This document shows, piece after piece, positions 9,571 through 19,702 of a stretch of DNA of 64,000 nucleotides. A program made the position numbers and the translations under genes. The stretch lies in IMG/VR virus record IMGVR_UViG_3300013947_000025, positions 1 through 64,000 of that record, one strand, 5' to 3'. The notes beneath the pieces are model-generated. The model made no database searches. It worked only from the letters and a program-made list of their open reading frames with translations, and was not told the origin of the DNA. Numbering within the stretch: position 1 is the stretch's first letter; every line of letters starts with the position of its first letter. Origin of the DNA: a virus. Lineage: Duplodnaviria > Caudoviricetes.

Positions 9571-11964
9571 ATGGCTGTAGACATCGGACCAAAAATCGGA
9601 ATAGACGGCGAAGCCGAATTTCGGAAATCACTTAAGGATATAACTCAACAGCTGAAGACCCTCGGCTCAGAAATGAGCGCGGTGACATCGGCTTTTACCG
9701 AGGAGACGTCGGCGCAGGAGAAAGCGGCTAAGACCGCAGGGATACTGCACAAAGAGATCGTCGCTCAGGAGGAGAAAATAAAGCTCCTGAAGGACGGTCT
9801 CGCGGCGGCGGCACAGAAGTATGGTGAGAGCGATTCCGCGACGCTGAAGTGGCGTCAGGCGGTCGCTGACGCCACCACGGCGCTCAACGGCATGAACGCG
9901 AAGCTCCAGAGCTCACAGGATGCTTTCTGGGCGACAAAAGAGTCGACCGACGCGGCGGCGGATTCGGCGGAAAGAATCAAAGAACCGGTCGAGGACGCCG
10001 GGGATTCGGCGGAGAAAGCCGGGAACAAGTTTTCGGGGTTCGCCGATGTGCTGAAGGGTGTCGGCACGGCTGTCGCGGCTGTCGCGGCTGCCGCGGCGGC
10101 TGCCGCTGTGAAGCTCGGGAAAGAGGTCGTGACTCAGGCGGCTGAGCTCGAACAGAACCTCGGCGGTTCTGAGGCGGTGTTCGGCGAGTATGCCGAGCAT
10201 ATCCAGCAGACCGGAATGGAGGCTTACAAAAAGCTCGGACTTTCGCAGTCTGACTATCTCGCGAAGGCGAATGTCATGGGCGCACTTTTTCAGGGCTCGG
10301 CGGTCACCCAGGAACAGTCGATGGAGATGGTCGAGGCAGCAATGCAGAGAGCTGCCGACATGGCATCGGTCATGGGCATCGACACGAAGTTCGCACTTGA
10401 CTCGGTGACCGGCGCGGCTAAAGGCAACTACACGATGATGGACAACCTCGGCGTCGCGATGAACGAAACGAATATCAAGGCTTATGGACTTGAAAAGGTG
10501 CTCGAGGGTATCAACAAGGAGTTCGCCGACAAGGGAATCGACTATATGGTCGACTCGGCTGATGACCTCAACGACGCATGGGACATGCTCGAGAAGTCGG
10601 GCACGTCGCTTGAGCGGATCGAAGAGCTTTTCAACGGCATGAAACAGAACTCGAAGACCGGCGCATGGCAGTTTGACACGACAATCATCAGCTCCGCCGA
10701 AAAGGCGGAACTTGCGATGCGGATGTTCCTTGAACGCACGGAACAGTATGCCGGGAACTTTGAGCGCGAATCTACTGAGACGATCTCGGGCTCGATCGGA
10801 CTTTTGCAAGGCGCTATCGGATCGCTGGTCGCCGGACTCGGTACGGCGAACTCAGATTTACAGCAGCTTGTGCAGAACGCGGCGGACGCCGCTTCGGCGG
10901 TCATCGAGAATGTCGTCCCGGTCATCGAGAATCTCGTCGAGGCTCTGCCGACGGTCGTCAGCGCGATCGCGGACGCTCTGATGGAGATGCTTCCGACGCT
11001 GCTTGACACGGCGACGACGCTTTTTGACTCGGTGCTCCAGATGCTCATAACGCTTTTGCCGGATCTCATCCCGGTCGCGCTTGACGCGGTGATGACGATC
11101 GTCGACACAGTGATCGAGAATCTCCCGGCTTTGATTGACGCCGGGCTACAAATAATTCTTTCGCTTGTCTCGGGGCTTACCGACGCATTGCCGGAGCTGC
11201 TTCCGGCGGCTGTCGCCGCGGTGATGGAGATCGCCGACGGACTGGTGGATAATCTGCCGGCTATCCTCGACGCGGCGCTCGCGCTGATACTCGCGCTGGC
11301 TGAAGGATTGATTAAATCTTTACCTGAGATTATCAAGCGGCTGCCCGAAATCATCGTCGGAATCCTTGAGTTTTTCGTCGAGTCTTATCCGAAGATCATT
11401 TCCGCCGGAGTCGAGCTTTTTAAGATGCTGGTCGACAACATGCCGGAGATACTCGGAAACATCGGCGGGGCGATCGCGAAAATACTTAAGCTTATCGTTG
11501 ATAGGTTTGCCGAGGCATGGGAAACCATGAAGGAAGCCGGAACGAACCTTATCAAAGGGCTGTGGGAAGGAATCAAAGCAAGCGCCGATTGGCTCTGGGA
11601 CAAGATCACCGGATTCGCGTCCGGGATCGTCGATGGCTTTAAAAACGCTTTCGACATTCACTCGCCCTCACGGGTTTTCCGCGATGAAATTGGAAAACAG
11701 CTCGCCGCCGGAGTCGGTGTCGGCTTTACCGACGGGATGAAAACCATCGCTGGGCAGATGCAGCGGTCGATTCCCACACCGGAGGTCGCGTTTAATTCCG
11801 CTGCCGCCGGGATGGTCAACGGTGTTTCGACGGCGGTCGCCGGGATCGGATCGGCGCAGCCTGTGACGATAATCTTACAGACGGCGGACGGGCAGGCTCT
11901 GGCTCGCTGGCTGCTCCCCGATCTTCGCGCGGTGTCGCGCGCTAATCCGGAGGTGATGGCATGA
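9571..11964 (+). CDS. Tape measure protein
   Basis: 797 aa, Ala-rich helical, LP/I repeats, 'FDIHSPSRVFRDEIG'. Confidence 0.93.
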   Translation: MAVDIGPKIGIDGEAEFRKSLKDITQQLKTLGSEMSAVTSAFTEETSAQEKAAKTAGILHKEIVAQEEKIKLLKDGLAAAAQKYGESDSATLKWRQAVADATTALNGMNAKLQSSQDAFWATKESTDAAADSAERIKEPVEDAGDSAEKAGNKFSGFADVLKGVGTAVAAVAAAAAAAAVKLGKEVVTQAAELEQNLGGSEAVFGEYAEHIQQTGMEAYKKLGLSQSDYLAKANVMGALFQGSAVTQEQSMEMVEAAMQRAADMASVMGIDTKFALDSVTGAAKGNYTMMDNLGVAMNETNIKAYGLEKVLEGINKEFADKGIDYMVDSADDLNDAWDMLEKSGTSLERIEELFNGMKQNSKTGAWQFDTTIISSAEKAELAMRMFLERTEQYAGNFERESTETISGSIGLLQGAIGSLVAGLGTANSDLQQLVQNAADAASAVIENVVPVIENLVEALPTVVSAIADALMEMLPTLLDTATTLFDSVLQMLITLLPDLIPVALDAVMTIVDTVIENLPALIDAGLQIILSLVSGLTDALPELLPAAVAAVMEIADGLVDNLPAILDAALALILALAEGLIKSLPEIIKRLPEIIVGILEFFVESYPKIISAGVELFKMLVDNMPEILGNIGGAIAKILKLIVDRFAEAWETMKEAGTNLIKGLWEGIKASADWLWDKITGFASGIVDGFKNAFDIHSPSRVFRDEIGKQLAAGVGVGFTDGMKTIAGQMQRSIPTPEVAFNSAAAGMVNGVSTAVAGIGSAQPVTIILQTADGQALARWLLPDLRAVSRANPEVMA

Positions 11965-12335
11965 CGCAGCTTATAATCAACGGCATTGTCCTGCCGGAGA
12001 CCTCCGGCGGGAAATACAAGTGCTACGAAGGCACGCTTTCCGACCAGATCGAGATGATCTCGGGACGAGTGGTCACTGAGGTCCGCGGGCACGTGCAATA
12101 TATCGAGTACTCCTATGATTACATGGGCAACGAGCTTGTGCGGAAGCTCCTTTTGGCTCTCAGAGCTGGGACGGCTTTAACTGTGAAATATCTGCCGGAC
12201 AGCGGGGATGACATGAAAACGTCGACGTTTGTCTGCGAGGAGCTGACACCGCCTGTCTTCGCCTTTTCACGGTCTGGAGTGCCTTATTGGCACGATATTT
12301 CCTTCACACTCCGGGAGGTGAGACCGCATGATTGA
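11961..12335 (+). CDS. Distal tail protein (Dit-like)
   Basis: Directly after the tape measure gene, 124 aa. Confidence 0.65.
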   Translation: MTQLIINGIVLPETSGGKYKCYEGTLSDQIEMISGRVVTEVRGHVQYIEYSYDYMGNELVRKLLLALRAGTALTVKYLPDSGDDMKTSTFVCEELTPPVFAFSRSGVPYWHDISFTLREVRPHD

Positions 12336-13899
12336 GTCGTCGGACGCTTACAAAAACGCGGTCGTCGGAGACTTCCGCCGGACTCTGATCCGGGCGGTGA
12401 TCGACATCATCGACCCGGACATTGTCTATGGCTCGGTCGCCGGGAGCGCGCAGGCGGGATACTCCAAGCCGGCGCAGGTTATCGACGGCGAGTTTGTCTC
12501 GCGGGATGATTTCGCGACGCTGGAGCTTAACCGATGGATACTCGACGGGAGCTTTGAGAGCGTTCCCGCCAGGGGGACGGCGAAGCAGGTCGGCTATATC
12601 GGCTCGGCTCTGGCGGGGGACGACGGGAGCTTCGCCGAGGCGCAGACGATCACGATCAACTTTTCGGGCGTCGAGACCTTACAGGCGATAACACTTTCTT
12701 TTCCGGAATCCTTTTACGACGGAGTCGCAGAGGATTTCACGGTCGCCTGCGGCGGGCAGACCTTTACAAGGACCGGAAACCGTGCGTCACAGGTGATCAT
12801 CAGCGATTTTACCGCGACGAATCCTGCGTCGATTGTGCTGTCGGTGACGAAATGGTCTGTGCCGCGCCGCCGGATGCGGGTCATCGAAATCTTCCCCGGC
12901 TTACACGAGGAGTGGAGCGGGGACGACATCTACGCGCTGAGCGTCAATCAGCAGGCGAACTTCGCGGCGGTCGCGCTGCCTTATGGAACGGCGACGCTGA
13001 CTGTCGACAACACGACGAGGCGGTTTGAGCCGACCTCCCCGACCGGAATTTTCCGCTCGATCGAGGAACGGCAGGGAATCGACATCTCGATCGGAGTCGA
13101 ATTGCCGTCCGGCGCGGCGGAGTACAAAAAAACCGGGCGGTTTTATCAGTACTCGGGCGGTTGGAAGACCGGGCAGAACGCTATGACCATACAATGGTCG
13201 CTTGTCGACATCGTCGGGCTGCTTGCAGACCGCGAGTACATCCCCCCGGCGACTCTGCCGACGACCGCGTCGGGCTGGGTCGCGTCGGTCGTCGCACAGC
13301 TCGGGAAGAACCTCGCGGCGAATTATGTCGTTGATCAGACTCTGGCGGCGGTCACCCTCTCGCCGGACTCGGCGGCGAATGTCACCGGAAAGCGGTGCGC
13401 GGACATACTGTCATGGGTCGCGATGGCGGTCGGTGGGTATATCGTCGCGGACGCTTCGACCGGAAAGCTCGCGCTGAAGGCTATCGGCTCGGCGGGCGGG
13501 AGTGTCTCGCTCGACGACCTTGAGCAGTATCCGACGGTCAAAGCGAACGAAGACCTCGCGGCGGTGATTTTTACACTGCACGATGGGAACTCGACGCAGT
13601 ACTCGGTCGCCGGAAACGCGGCGGCTTCATCGGCGACGCTGTCGATTGATAATCCTTTTATCAAAACTCAGGCGGCGGCGGACGCGGTTGCGGCACGAAT
13701 TCTCAAATTCTACGGCGGAAACGCTTTTGAAACGGTCGGACGGGGAGACCCCGCCGCCGAAATCGGAGACGTCGACGCGATAGAGGTCGCGAAGTCGCAG
13801 ACTGTTTCGGCGAGACGAAGCGGGCAAAGCTTCGCTTTTAACGGCGGGGTTCTGAAATCCTGCCAATCGCAGTTTATCGAGGTGAAGACCGATGCTTGA
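12328..13899 (+). CDS. Baseplate hub / Tal-like minor tail protein
   Basis: Synteny; 523 aa; 'GRGDPAAEIGD'. Confidence 0.7.
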   Translation: MIESSDAYKNAVVGDFRRTLIRAVIDIIDPDIVYGSVAGSAQAGYSKPAQVIDGEFVSRDDFATLELNRWILDGSFESVPARGTAKQVGYIGSALAGDDGSFAEAQTITINFSGVETLQAITLSFPESFYDGVAEDFTVACGGQTFTRTGNRASQVIISDFTATNPASIVLSVTKWSVPRRRMRVIEIFPGLHEEWSGDDIYALSVNQQANFAAVALPYGTATLTVDNTTRRFEPTSPTGIFRSIEERQGIDISIGVELPSGAAEYKKTGRFYQYSGGWKTGQNAMTIQWSLVDIVGLLADREYIPPATLPTTASGWVASVVAQLGKNLAANYVVDQTLAAVTLSPDSAANVTGKRCADILSWVAMAVGGYIVADASTGKLALKAIGSAGGSVSLDDLEQYPTVKANEDLAAVIFTLHDGNSTQYSVAGNAAASSATLSIDNPFIKTQAAADAVAARILKFYGGNAFETVGRGDPAAEIGDVDAIEVAKSQTVSARRSGQSFAFNGGVLKSCQSQFIEVKTDA

Positions 13900-14377
13900 A
13901 CTTATTTACGATCGCACGACGGACGACGCCGCGGAGGCTCTGAGGCTCGCACGAAAGGCGTTCGCCGGGACGCTGACCGATGAGGAGAAGAACGTGTGGC
14001 TCGCCGGACTGAAAGGCGCGTATAACGCGGCGGACATGAACCGTGTCGCGGCGGCGGTTTCGACGCTGTCCGGCTTGTTGAATGAAGCTGGGTACAAAAA
14101 CGAAATCTCGGCGCAGAGCTTCGTCGACGGCGAGGACAGCACGGATGAGAAATATTCTACTTACCTCGCCAACGTCCAGACCCTGCGCGACGCCATCGCC
14201 GTCCGCGCCTCGACGCCGGAGCTGCCCGCGGCGGACGCGAAGCTCGATTATGTCGGCGCGAACAACATCGAGAAAATCCTCGCCGACCTCGACGAGCTTC
14301 TCAGCTGGATGACATACAGCCAGAAATACTGCGGCACGTTCAGTGCCGGGCAGACAATATTACCACGAAAGGGATGA
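13892..14377 (+). CDS. Minor tail protein
   Basis: 'LIYDRT', 'KGAYNAADMNRV', 'ANNIEKIL' typical of Clostridia phage tail genes. Confidence 0.6.
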   Translation: MLELIYDRTTDDAAEALRLARKAFAGTLTDEEKNVWLAGLKGAYNAADMNRVAAAVSTLSGLLNEAGYKNEISAQSFVDGEDSTDEKYSTYLANVQTLRDAIAVRASTPELPAADAKLDYVGANNIEKILADLDELLSWMTYSQKYCGTFSAGQTILPRKG

Positions 14378-14381
14378 TTTA

Positions 14382-15497
14382 ATGGCGGTTTATCAAGCCC
14401 CCGACATAAAAGACCGGATCGCGGTCGGGGATGATCTTTACCAGATTGCCGACTCCGGCGGAAAGAAGAAGCTGACCCCTGACCCGACTGAGGTGACCGA
14501 GGCGGGCACGCCGATCAATAAGGCGCTTTTACAGCCGATGGCAGACGCGATACAGAGAATGGACGCGGCGCTCGTGCCGTATACGCTGTACTACTGGCGG
14601 CGCAGACCGACCGCGAACAGCTACGTTGAGACCAGGCAGACGGCTTACTCAGCGGGCGTCGGGTATAGCCACTCATCGAACAGCAAGACCTACTACTATC
14701 TTGATGCGATACGTTATGTGCGCTATACCGACGATGAAAGCGGTACAGATTACTTCGCGACATTAAAATATGCATCGAGCATTACGATCAATCAGTCGAC
14801 CGGCGCGATCTCGCTGAACAATCCGTCGACATACACCTTTACAAGCAGTGACAATGTACGCGAGTCGTCGGTCTATGGGCGATTCCAGGGCAAATACGTC
14901 CAGGGATTTCTCGGCATAACCAGCAAGGTTTTCTACATCCCCACAAGTGCCTATATGACCGGGCACAACTGGGAAAACAGCGGCGGTGACGTCTGGAACG
15001 AAGAAGGATATGAAGTCACCTCGGACATGGGCAGCACGCTTATGCCGATGCTGATAAACACCACAAAAATCACGACCACCGGCGCGTGGGAAACGATCTC
15101 GTCGGACACTTCTGATGCTTATCCGCACTCGGGAACGCAGGACGGCTACGAATGGGTTTACTGCGGAGAGATTTCGGACTTCGCGCCTGGGCTTCATCCG
15201 TTGGGCGTGAAGAGCTTCAGCCTGACGTCGGCAAGCTGGAGCAATGGTACTTACTCGCTACAGCTGCCGTGCACGAGGTACTTCCTGTGGTCTAACGATA
15301 TTTTTCTTCTTGTTGACAGTGGGCTGGCTTACGGCGCGTACCAGTACTCCGGTTCCAGCAGCTATGACTACCGAACGTACTATGCCGCAGGCAACGAAGT
15401 CGTCACGAGCTACACAAAGTACACTTTTTCCGCGTCTGGCGTAACGATGACTGGCAGTGGCTCAAAGACGCTGTTTTATCTGCCGTTGCCATCATGA
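14382..15497 (+). CDS. Tail fibre / receptor-binding-like protein
   Basis: N-terminal 'VTEAGTPINKALL' anchor motif; Ser/Thr/Tyr-rich beta region. Confidence 0.6.
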   Translation: MAVYQAPDIKDRIAVGDDLYQIADSGGKKKLTPDPTEVTEAGTPINKALLQPMADAIQRMDAALVPYTLYYWRRRPTANSYVETRQTAYSAGVGYSHSSNSKTYYYLDAIRYVRYTDDESGTDYFATLKYASSITINQSTGAISLNNPSTYTFTSSDNVRESSVYGRFQGKYVQGFLGITSKVFYIPTSAYMTGHNWENSGGDVWNEEGYEVTSDMGSTLMPMLINTTKITTTGAWETISSDTSDAYPHSGTQDGYEWVYCGEISDFAPGLHPLGVKSFSLTSASWSNGTYSLQLPCTRYFLWSNDIFLLVDSGLAYGAYQYSGSSSYDYRTYYAAGNEVVTSYTKYTFSASGVTMTGSGSKTLFYLPLPS

Positions 15498-15505
15498 GGT
15501 GAAAC

Positions 15506-15841
15506 ATGACCTACTCACTCTGGGACAAAGCGTCCCCCATCTACGACATCACCGCCGAGCAGGCGATGATAAACAATCCGCTGTACGGCACGGAAGACAG
15601 CTACCTCTTCTTCCGCGACGACGGCAGCATCTACGACATACTGCCGATCTCGGAAATCCGGGCGCGAGCCGATGGCGACGGCAAGACCGACGCGGAGGTC
15701 TGCGCGGCGTACGTCGCGAAGCTTACCGCTCCGCCCGAGCCGGCCGGAGATCTCGCCGCGCTGCAAGCTGAGATCACGAGTCTGAAAGCACAGCTTGCCG
15801 AAATCGAAGCCGTGAACAAAACACTGTTAGGAGTTGATTAA
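15506..15841 (+). CDS. Tail-associated small protein with C-terminal coiled coil
   Basis: GAGGTG RBS; position after the fibre gene. Confidence 0.5.
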   Translation: MTYSLWDKASPIYDITAEQAMINNPLYGTEDSYLFFRDDGSIYDILPISEIRARADGDGKTDAEVCAAYVAKLTAPPEPAGDLAALQAEITSLKAQLAEIEAVNKTLLGVD

Positions 15842-15842
15842 A

Positions 15843-16262
15843 ATGGACGAAAAGCTTATCGAAGCCGCGAGAAAATACCGTGCCGTAATCGAGGAGATGA
15901 CCAAGACCGCCGACGACAAGACGGTATCGAAAGCCCCGACCGCCTGCCCGAGATTAAAGCAGGACGGTTCGCTGGTGCAGGCCGGGACGAAAATCTACTG
16001 GAAGGGCGTCGTGAAGAAAGCCGGATCCGATCTGTGGGACACCGAGCTGAATGACCCTGACCACGCGCCTGCGCTGTGGGAAGAGCTTGCGTATAAAGAT
16101 GGCTACCGGATTATTCCGGCGGTCATCACGGTCACAGGAGCGTTCTCGAACGGCGAGAAGGGCTGGTGGAACGGCGCACTTTATGAGTCTATCGCTGATA
16201 ATAACGTTTATACGCCGGAGCAGTATCCGGCGAACTGGAAGGCGGTCGAAAGTGATAGCTGA
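15843..16262 (+). CDS. Tail-associated protein with Trp-rich CBM5/12-like repeats
   Basis: 'PDHAPALWEE', 'YESIADNNVYTPEQYPANW'; paralogous to 21627-22037. Confidence 0.6.
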   Translation: MDEKLIEAARKYRAVIEEMTKTADDKTVSKAPTACPRLKQDGSLVQAGTKIYWKGVVKKAGSDLWDTELNDPDHAPALWEELAYKDGYRIIPAVITVTGAFSNGEKGWWNGALYESIADNNVYTPEQYPANWKAVESDS

Positions 16263-16575
16263 GAAAATCATATCCTGGGCGATACCCTTTGTCTGCGGCG
16301 GCGTGATCACCGGGCTTATCACCTACATCAAGACGCTGAAGCGCAAGAACGACGCTGAGGAGGAGGGTATACAGTGCCTCCTCCGGGCGGAAATCATCCG
16401 GAATCACGACAAGTACATGGACAAGGGCTACTGCCCGATATACGCGAAGGAAGCCCTGAAGCGAGCGTACCACGCCTATCATGAACTGCACGGAAACGAC
16501 GTCGCGACCGGGCTGTACAACGAAGTGATGAAACTGCCGACGGAGGCGAGGGACAATGATCAGAATCGCACCTGA
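16252..16575 (+). CDS. Putative holin-like membrane protein
   Basis: Single N-terminal TM segment then 'LLRAEII...YHAYHELHGNDVAT...VMKLP'; GTG at 16252. Confidence 0.55.
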   Translation: MIAEKIISWAIPFVCGGVITGLITYIKTLKRKNDAEEEGIQCLLRAEIIRNHDKYMDKGYCPIYAKEALKRAYHAYHELHGNDVATGLYNEVMKLPTEARDNDQNRT

Positions 16576-17506
16576 TAAAGAAGGCAGACTGACGCAGTGG
16601 GACAAAGACCGGAAGGTCATCGTCACCGGAGTCGAAGGTGGCGCGGAGATACACTTCGCGTCGCCGGGCGACGATCACGGCGCGTATGTCGTGGAGCTTG
16701 CCGATGGCGAGGCGGCTGTGCCGAACATCCTGCTGACGATGGCGGGGACGATAAACGTCTACGTCTACCCCGCCGACCGGACGATTTTCGCGGCGACGCT
16801 CCCGGTCATGGCACGCGAAAAGCCGGACGACTACATCTATACCGAGACCGAGGTGCTGAGCTACAAGACGCTCGACGAGAAGATCGGCGATCTCGCGGAG
16901 CTGGAGACCGCTGCGAAGGAGAACCTCGTCGCGGCGATAAACGAAGCGGCGAAAAGCGGAATCACGTCGATTTATATGCGCGTCGCGGAGGGGTATATCG
17001 AGTACTCCGGCAATGGCGAGACGTGGGAGAAGCTGATCGCGGTCGATGAGCTGAAAGGACCGAAGGGTGACAAGGGTGATAAAGGCGAAAAAGGTGATCC
17101 CGGCGAGATCATCGTCGCGAACGTGACTTACTCCAGCGAGGACGAAAAGTGGCACTGCGACATGACCTACGAGGAAATGAACGCGGTGAAATATACGCAC
17201 TCGCTCTACGTGAAATATAACACGCAGATGTATCCGTACATGTTCCAGGGCGCTACGAACGGCGTCGCTTGCAACATGTTCGGGGCACTGTGGGCGTACG
17301 GCACGGACAATCTGCCGTACAACCGCTTTATCATCTGGGCGAACGGCGATGTCTGGGCGAATGCATACCACGCCGTCGTTGAAGAAGCCCTGGCGCAGAC
17401 AATCACGGCAGGCTCGGCTGACGATGTCGCTCCGTCCGCGAAGGCTGTCGCGGACTATGTGGCAGCGCAGCTCGGCGACATTACATCGCTTATCAACGCG
17501 ATATGA
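16556..17506 (+). CDS. Baseplate-upper (BppU-like) / collagen-repeat fibre protein
   Basis: 'LTQWD', 'VPNILL', 'REKPDDYIYTETE'; GPKGDKGDKGEKGDPG collagen stretch. Confidence 0.65.
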   Translation: MIRIAPDKEGRLTQWDKDRKVIVTGVEGGAEIHFASPGDDHGAYVVELADGEAAVPNILLTMAGTINVYVYPADRTIFAATLPVMAREKPDDYIYTETEVLSYKTLDEKIGDLAELETAAKENLVAAINEAAKSGITSIYMRVAEGYIEYSGNGETWEKLIAVDELKGPKGDKGDKGEKGDPGEIIVANVTYSSEDEKWHCDMTYEEMNAVKYTHSLYVKYNTQMYPYMFQGATNGVACNMFGALWAYGTDNLPYNRFIIWANGDVWANAYHAVVEEALAQTITAGSADDVAPSAKAVADYVAAQLGDITSLINAI

Positions 17507-17515
17507 GGTGGTTTT

Positions 17516-17740
17516 ATGGCAAGAACGCAAACAACGGTCGCTGACGCTATTACCGCCGTAAGCGAGATTGTCTCGTCGCAGGCGGCGGCTCTCGCCTCGC
17601 TCAAGGCTCTCATCCAGACGAAAGCGGCTGGCTCTGGCGGCGCGGCACTCTTCGGCGTGATCTGCGACGGCACTTCGCTATATCCGATCTCGGGGGTAAC
17701 CGTTTCCGAGGCGGATGGCGTGATTACTCTGGGAGGATAA
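17516..17740 (+). CDS. Small hypothetical tail-region protein
   Basis: GAGGTGG RBS, co-oriented in the operon. Confidence 0.5.
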   Translation: MARTQTTVADAITAVSEIVSSQAAALASLKALIQTKAAGSGGAALFGVICDGTSLYPISGVTVSEADGVITLGG

Positions 17741-17741
17741 T

Positions 17742-17957
17742 ATGGCTAATGTTACGATAAATGGGCAGAGCTACACCGGGATCACATCGGTGAAGCTGCT
17801 GAAAACCGGGACGGTGGATCAGTATGAGGAGTTCAAGGCGGATTCGGGAGTTGATCTCTCGGCTCTTGAGGTTTATGTCGGCGACTTCCTGAATTCCGAG
17901 AACTATTCCGTCACGAAGGGGTCAATTGATGGCTACTGGAGCACGCTCATCTCCTGA
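17742..17957 (+). CDS. Small hypothetical tail-region protein
   Basis: GGAGG RBS; 'NVTINGQSYTGI'. Confidence 0.5.
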   Translation: MANVTINGQSYTGITSVKLLKTGTVDQYEEFKADSGVDLSALEVYVGDFLNSENYSVTKGSIDGYWSTLIS

Positions 17958-18321
17958 CGGCACGGAATTCGTCATCGGCAACCGGGCGGCTGAGATGTTC
18001 GACGTGGTTCTCCGGATTTGCTCGCCGAAGAAAGGCGGTTCGACCTTCCCTTCTTATCTCCGGGCAGAGTACACCGACGAGCTGATTCGGACTGCACGAG
18101 CGTTTCTGAAGGATGTCGTCACGGCGAACTGCCGGAGAGGAACGGCGCGGAGCGATTTACAGTCGGCTGCACAAGGCGAGCTGGCTTATCTCACCTTCCT
18201 TGTCCGGACGGCTTACAACAACAAATGGATCTCGGAAAGGCAGCATTCGCTCGTGTTCAGGCACATCGGCGAGCTGACCAAACGGATCTGGAACTGGAAG
18301 AAGTCGGACGCGTCCGGCTGA
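17929..18321 (+). CDS. avd: DGR accessory variability determinant (Avd-like four-helix bundle)
   Basis: ~130 aa, basic and helical; 'FPSYLR', 'LAYLTFLVRTAY...WISERQH...IWNWKKSD'; directly upstream of TR and RT. Confidence 0.85.
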   Translation: MATGARSSPDGTEFVIGNRAAEMFDVVLRICSPKKGGSTFPSYLRAEYTDELIRTARAFLKDVVTANCRRGTARSDLQSAAQGELAYLTFLVRTAYNNKWISERQHSLVFRHIGELTKRIWNWKKSDASG

Positions 18322-18346
18322 GCTTTCCGGGAAAGTCTGAACTCGT

Positions 18347-18476
18347 GGCGGGGGCTGCTCAGTGGTGGTGGATGCGGTCGGCGTCCTCCGATTCGCAGTT
18401 CCGGAACGTGAACACGAATGGCAACGCGAACAGCAACAATGCCTCGAACTCGGGCAACTGGCTTCGCCCCGTTTTA
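18347..18476 (+). repeat. DGR template repeat (TR)
   Basis: 130 bp, AAC/AAT-rich, matches 20133-20262 except at 9 positions, all A in TR. Confidence 0.97.
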
Positions 18477-18592
18477 CGGCGTGACCTTTCGAAATGCCAC
18501 AAGGGCGCAATGATGGAGGTCTGAACGCTGATAAAAGAGGCTTTCCCGTAATATAAGGTATCAATGCCGATTCAGGCAGAGTCTGCGGACGA

Positions 18593-19702
18593 TTGGAAAG
18601 GCTACGTATGGTACTGACTTACCCTATGCTCGAAAGGGCTTGGAAGAAAGAGGTTCGCGGCAAGCATGAGATGCGCAATCAGGCGATTTTTGAGTACTAT
18701 CGCGAGAACAAGCTTCTCGCGCTCAAGGACGCTTTGATTGACGGCACTTTTGAGCCGAGTCCTCTGAGGACAAAAGAAATTTATATCCCGAAACGCCGGA
18801 CGGCGCAAGTCCCCGGCGCGGTGGACAAGATCGTGCAGCACCTGCTGTGCGACGAATATCTTTATGACGCGGTCACGCGACCGCTGATCAACACGACCTA
18901 CGCCTGCATGACCGGGCGCGGAACGAAGCTCGCGGATGAGAAGTTGAAAGAACAGCTCAGGCGGTTCTGGCGGCTTTATCACAAGCGTCCGCTGGTACTT
19001 AAATGCGACATTCACGGCTATTTTGCCTCAATTGACCACGAGAGACTGCTCGGTCTGGTGCGCAGATACGTTGATGACGAAATCGTCAGAACCAACGTTT
19101 CAAAGTTCCTCGGACTTTCGGACGAGGGACTGCCGCTCGGGCTTCAGCAGAATCAGCTCCTCGCGAACCTGTTTCTCTCGGAGCTTGATCACATGGTGAA
19201 GCAGAAATGGCACGCGGAGTTCTACGGACGGTACATGGATGATTTCTATATCATCTCGGACAGCGAGGAGTATCTCCGGAATCTGTGGGATGAGATCATC
19301 AGGTACACGGGCGAAATCGGGCTTGAAATGAACCCGAAAACAGGTATCTTCAGGGGAGGATTCGATTTTCTCGGATTCCACTACATCCTGACCGATACCG
19401 GAAAGGTCGTGAAGCGTCTCGCCAGATCAAAGGCGAAGACGGAACGAAATTATGTGCGGCTTATGGCGCGTCAGATCGGCGAGGGCAAGCGCGAGCCTGA
19501 GAAGGCGGCGCAGTCCTACCGGAGCTGGCGTGAACACGCGATGCAGGGCGACTGCCGGAGTCTTATTCTGTCGATGGACAAACACTTCGACGACGAACTC
19601 CGGAAGGTCGGCTACACGCTGAAAATACAGCCGTACAGGAAAGAAAACAAAAGAAAGGAACAGGTGATCATAGAAAAATGTCCCGAACAATTTCTGAACT
19701 GA
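18593..19702 (+). CDS. DGR reverse transcriptase
   Basis: 'IYIPKRR', 'KCDIHGYFASIDH', 'GLPLGLQQNQLLANLFL', 'YGRYMDDF', 'FDFLGF'; ATG 18608 is an alternative start. Confidence 0.96.
   Translation: MERLRMVLTYPMLERAWKKEVRGKHEMRNQAIFEYYRENKLLALKDALIDGTFEPSPLRTKEIYIPKRRTAQVPGAVDKIVQHLLCDEYLYDAVTRPLINTTYACMTGRGTKLADEKLKEQLRRFWRLYHKRPLVLKCDIHGYFASIDHERLLGLVRRYVDDEIVRTNVSKFLGLSDEGLPLGLQQNQLLANLFLSELDHMVKQKWHAEFYGRYMDDFYIISDSEEYLRNLWDEIIRYTGEIGLEMNPKTGIFRGGFDFLGFHYILTDTGKVVKRLARSKAKTERNYVRLMARQIGEGKREPEKAAQSYRSWREHAMQGDCRSLILSMDKHFDDELRKVGYTLKIQPYRKENKRKEQVIIEKCPEQFLN

Noticed and set aside
18018-18524. 168-aa ORF containing the WWWMRS...LRPVL motif, as a second DGR target
   Set aside because: It is the TR read in the VR frame and overlaps avd out of frame. 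Asn-rich AAC codons mark it as the template, not a gene.
18593-19702. RT as a group II intron, retron or Abi RT
   Set aside because: Short RT with no maturase/endonuclease extension, flanked by avd, TR and VR; it is a DGR RT.
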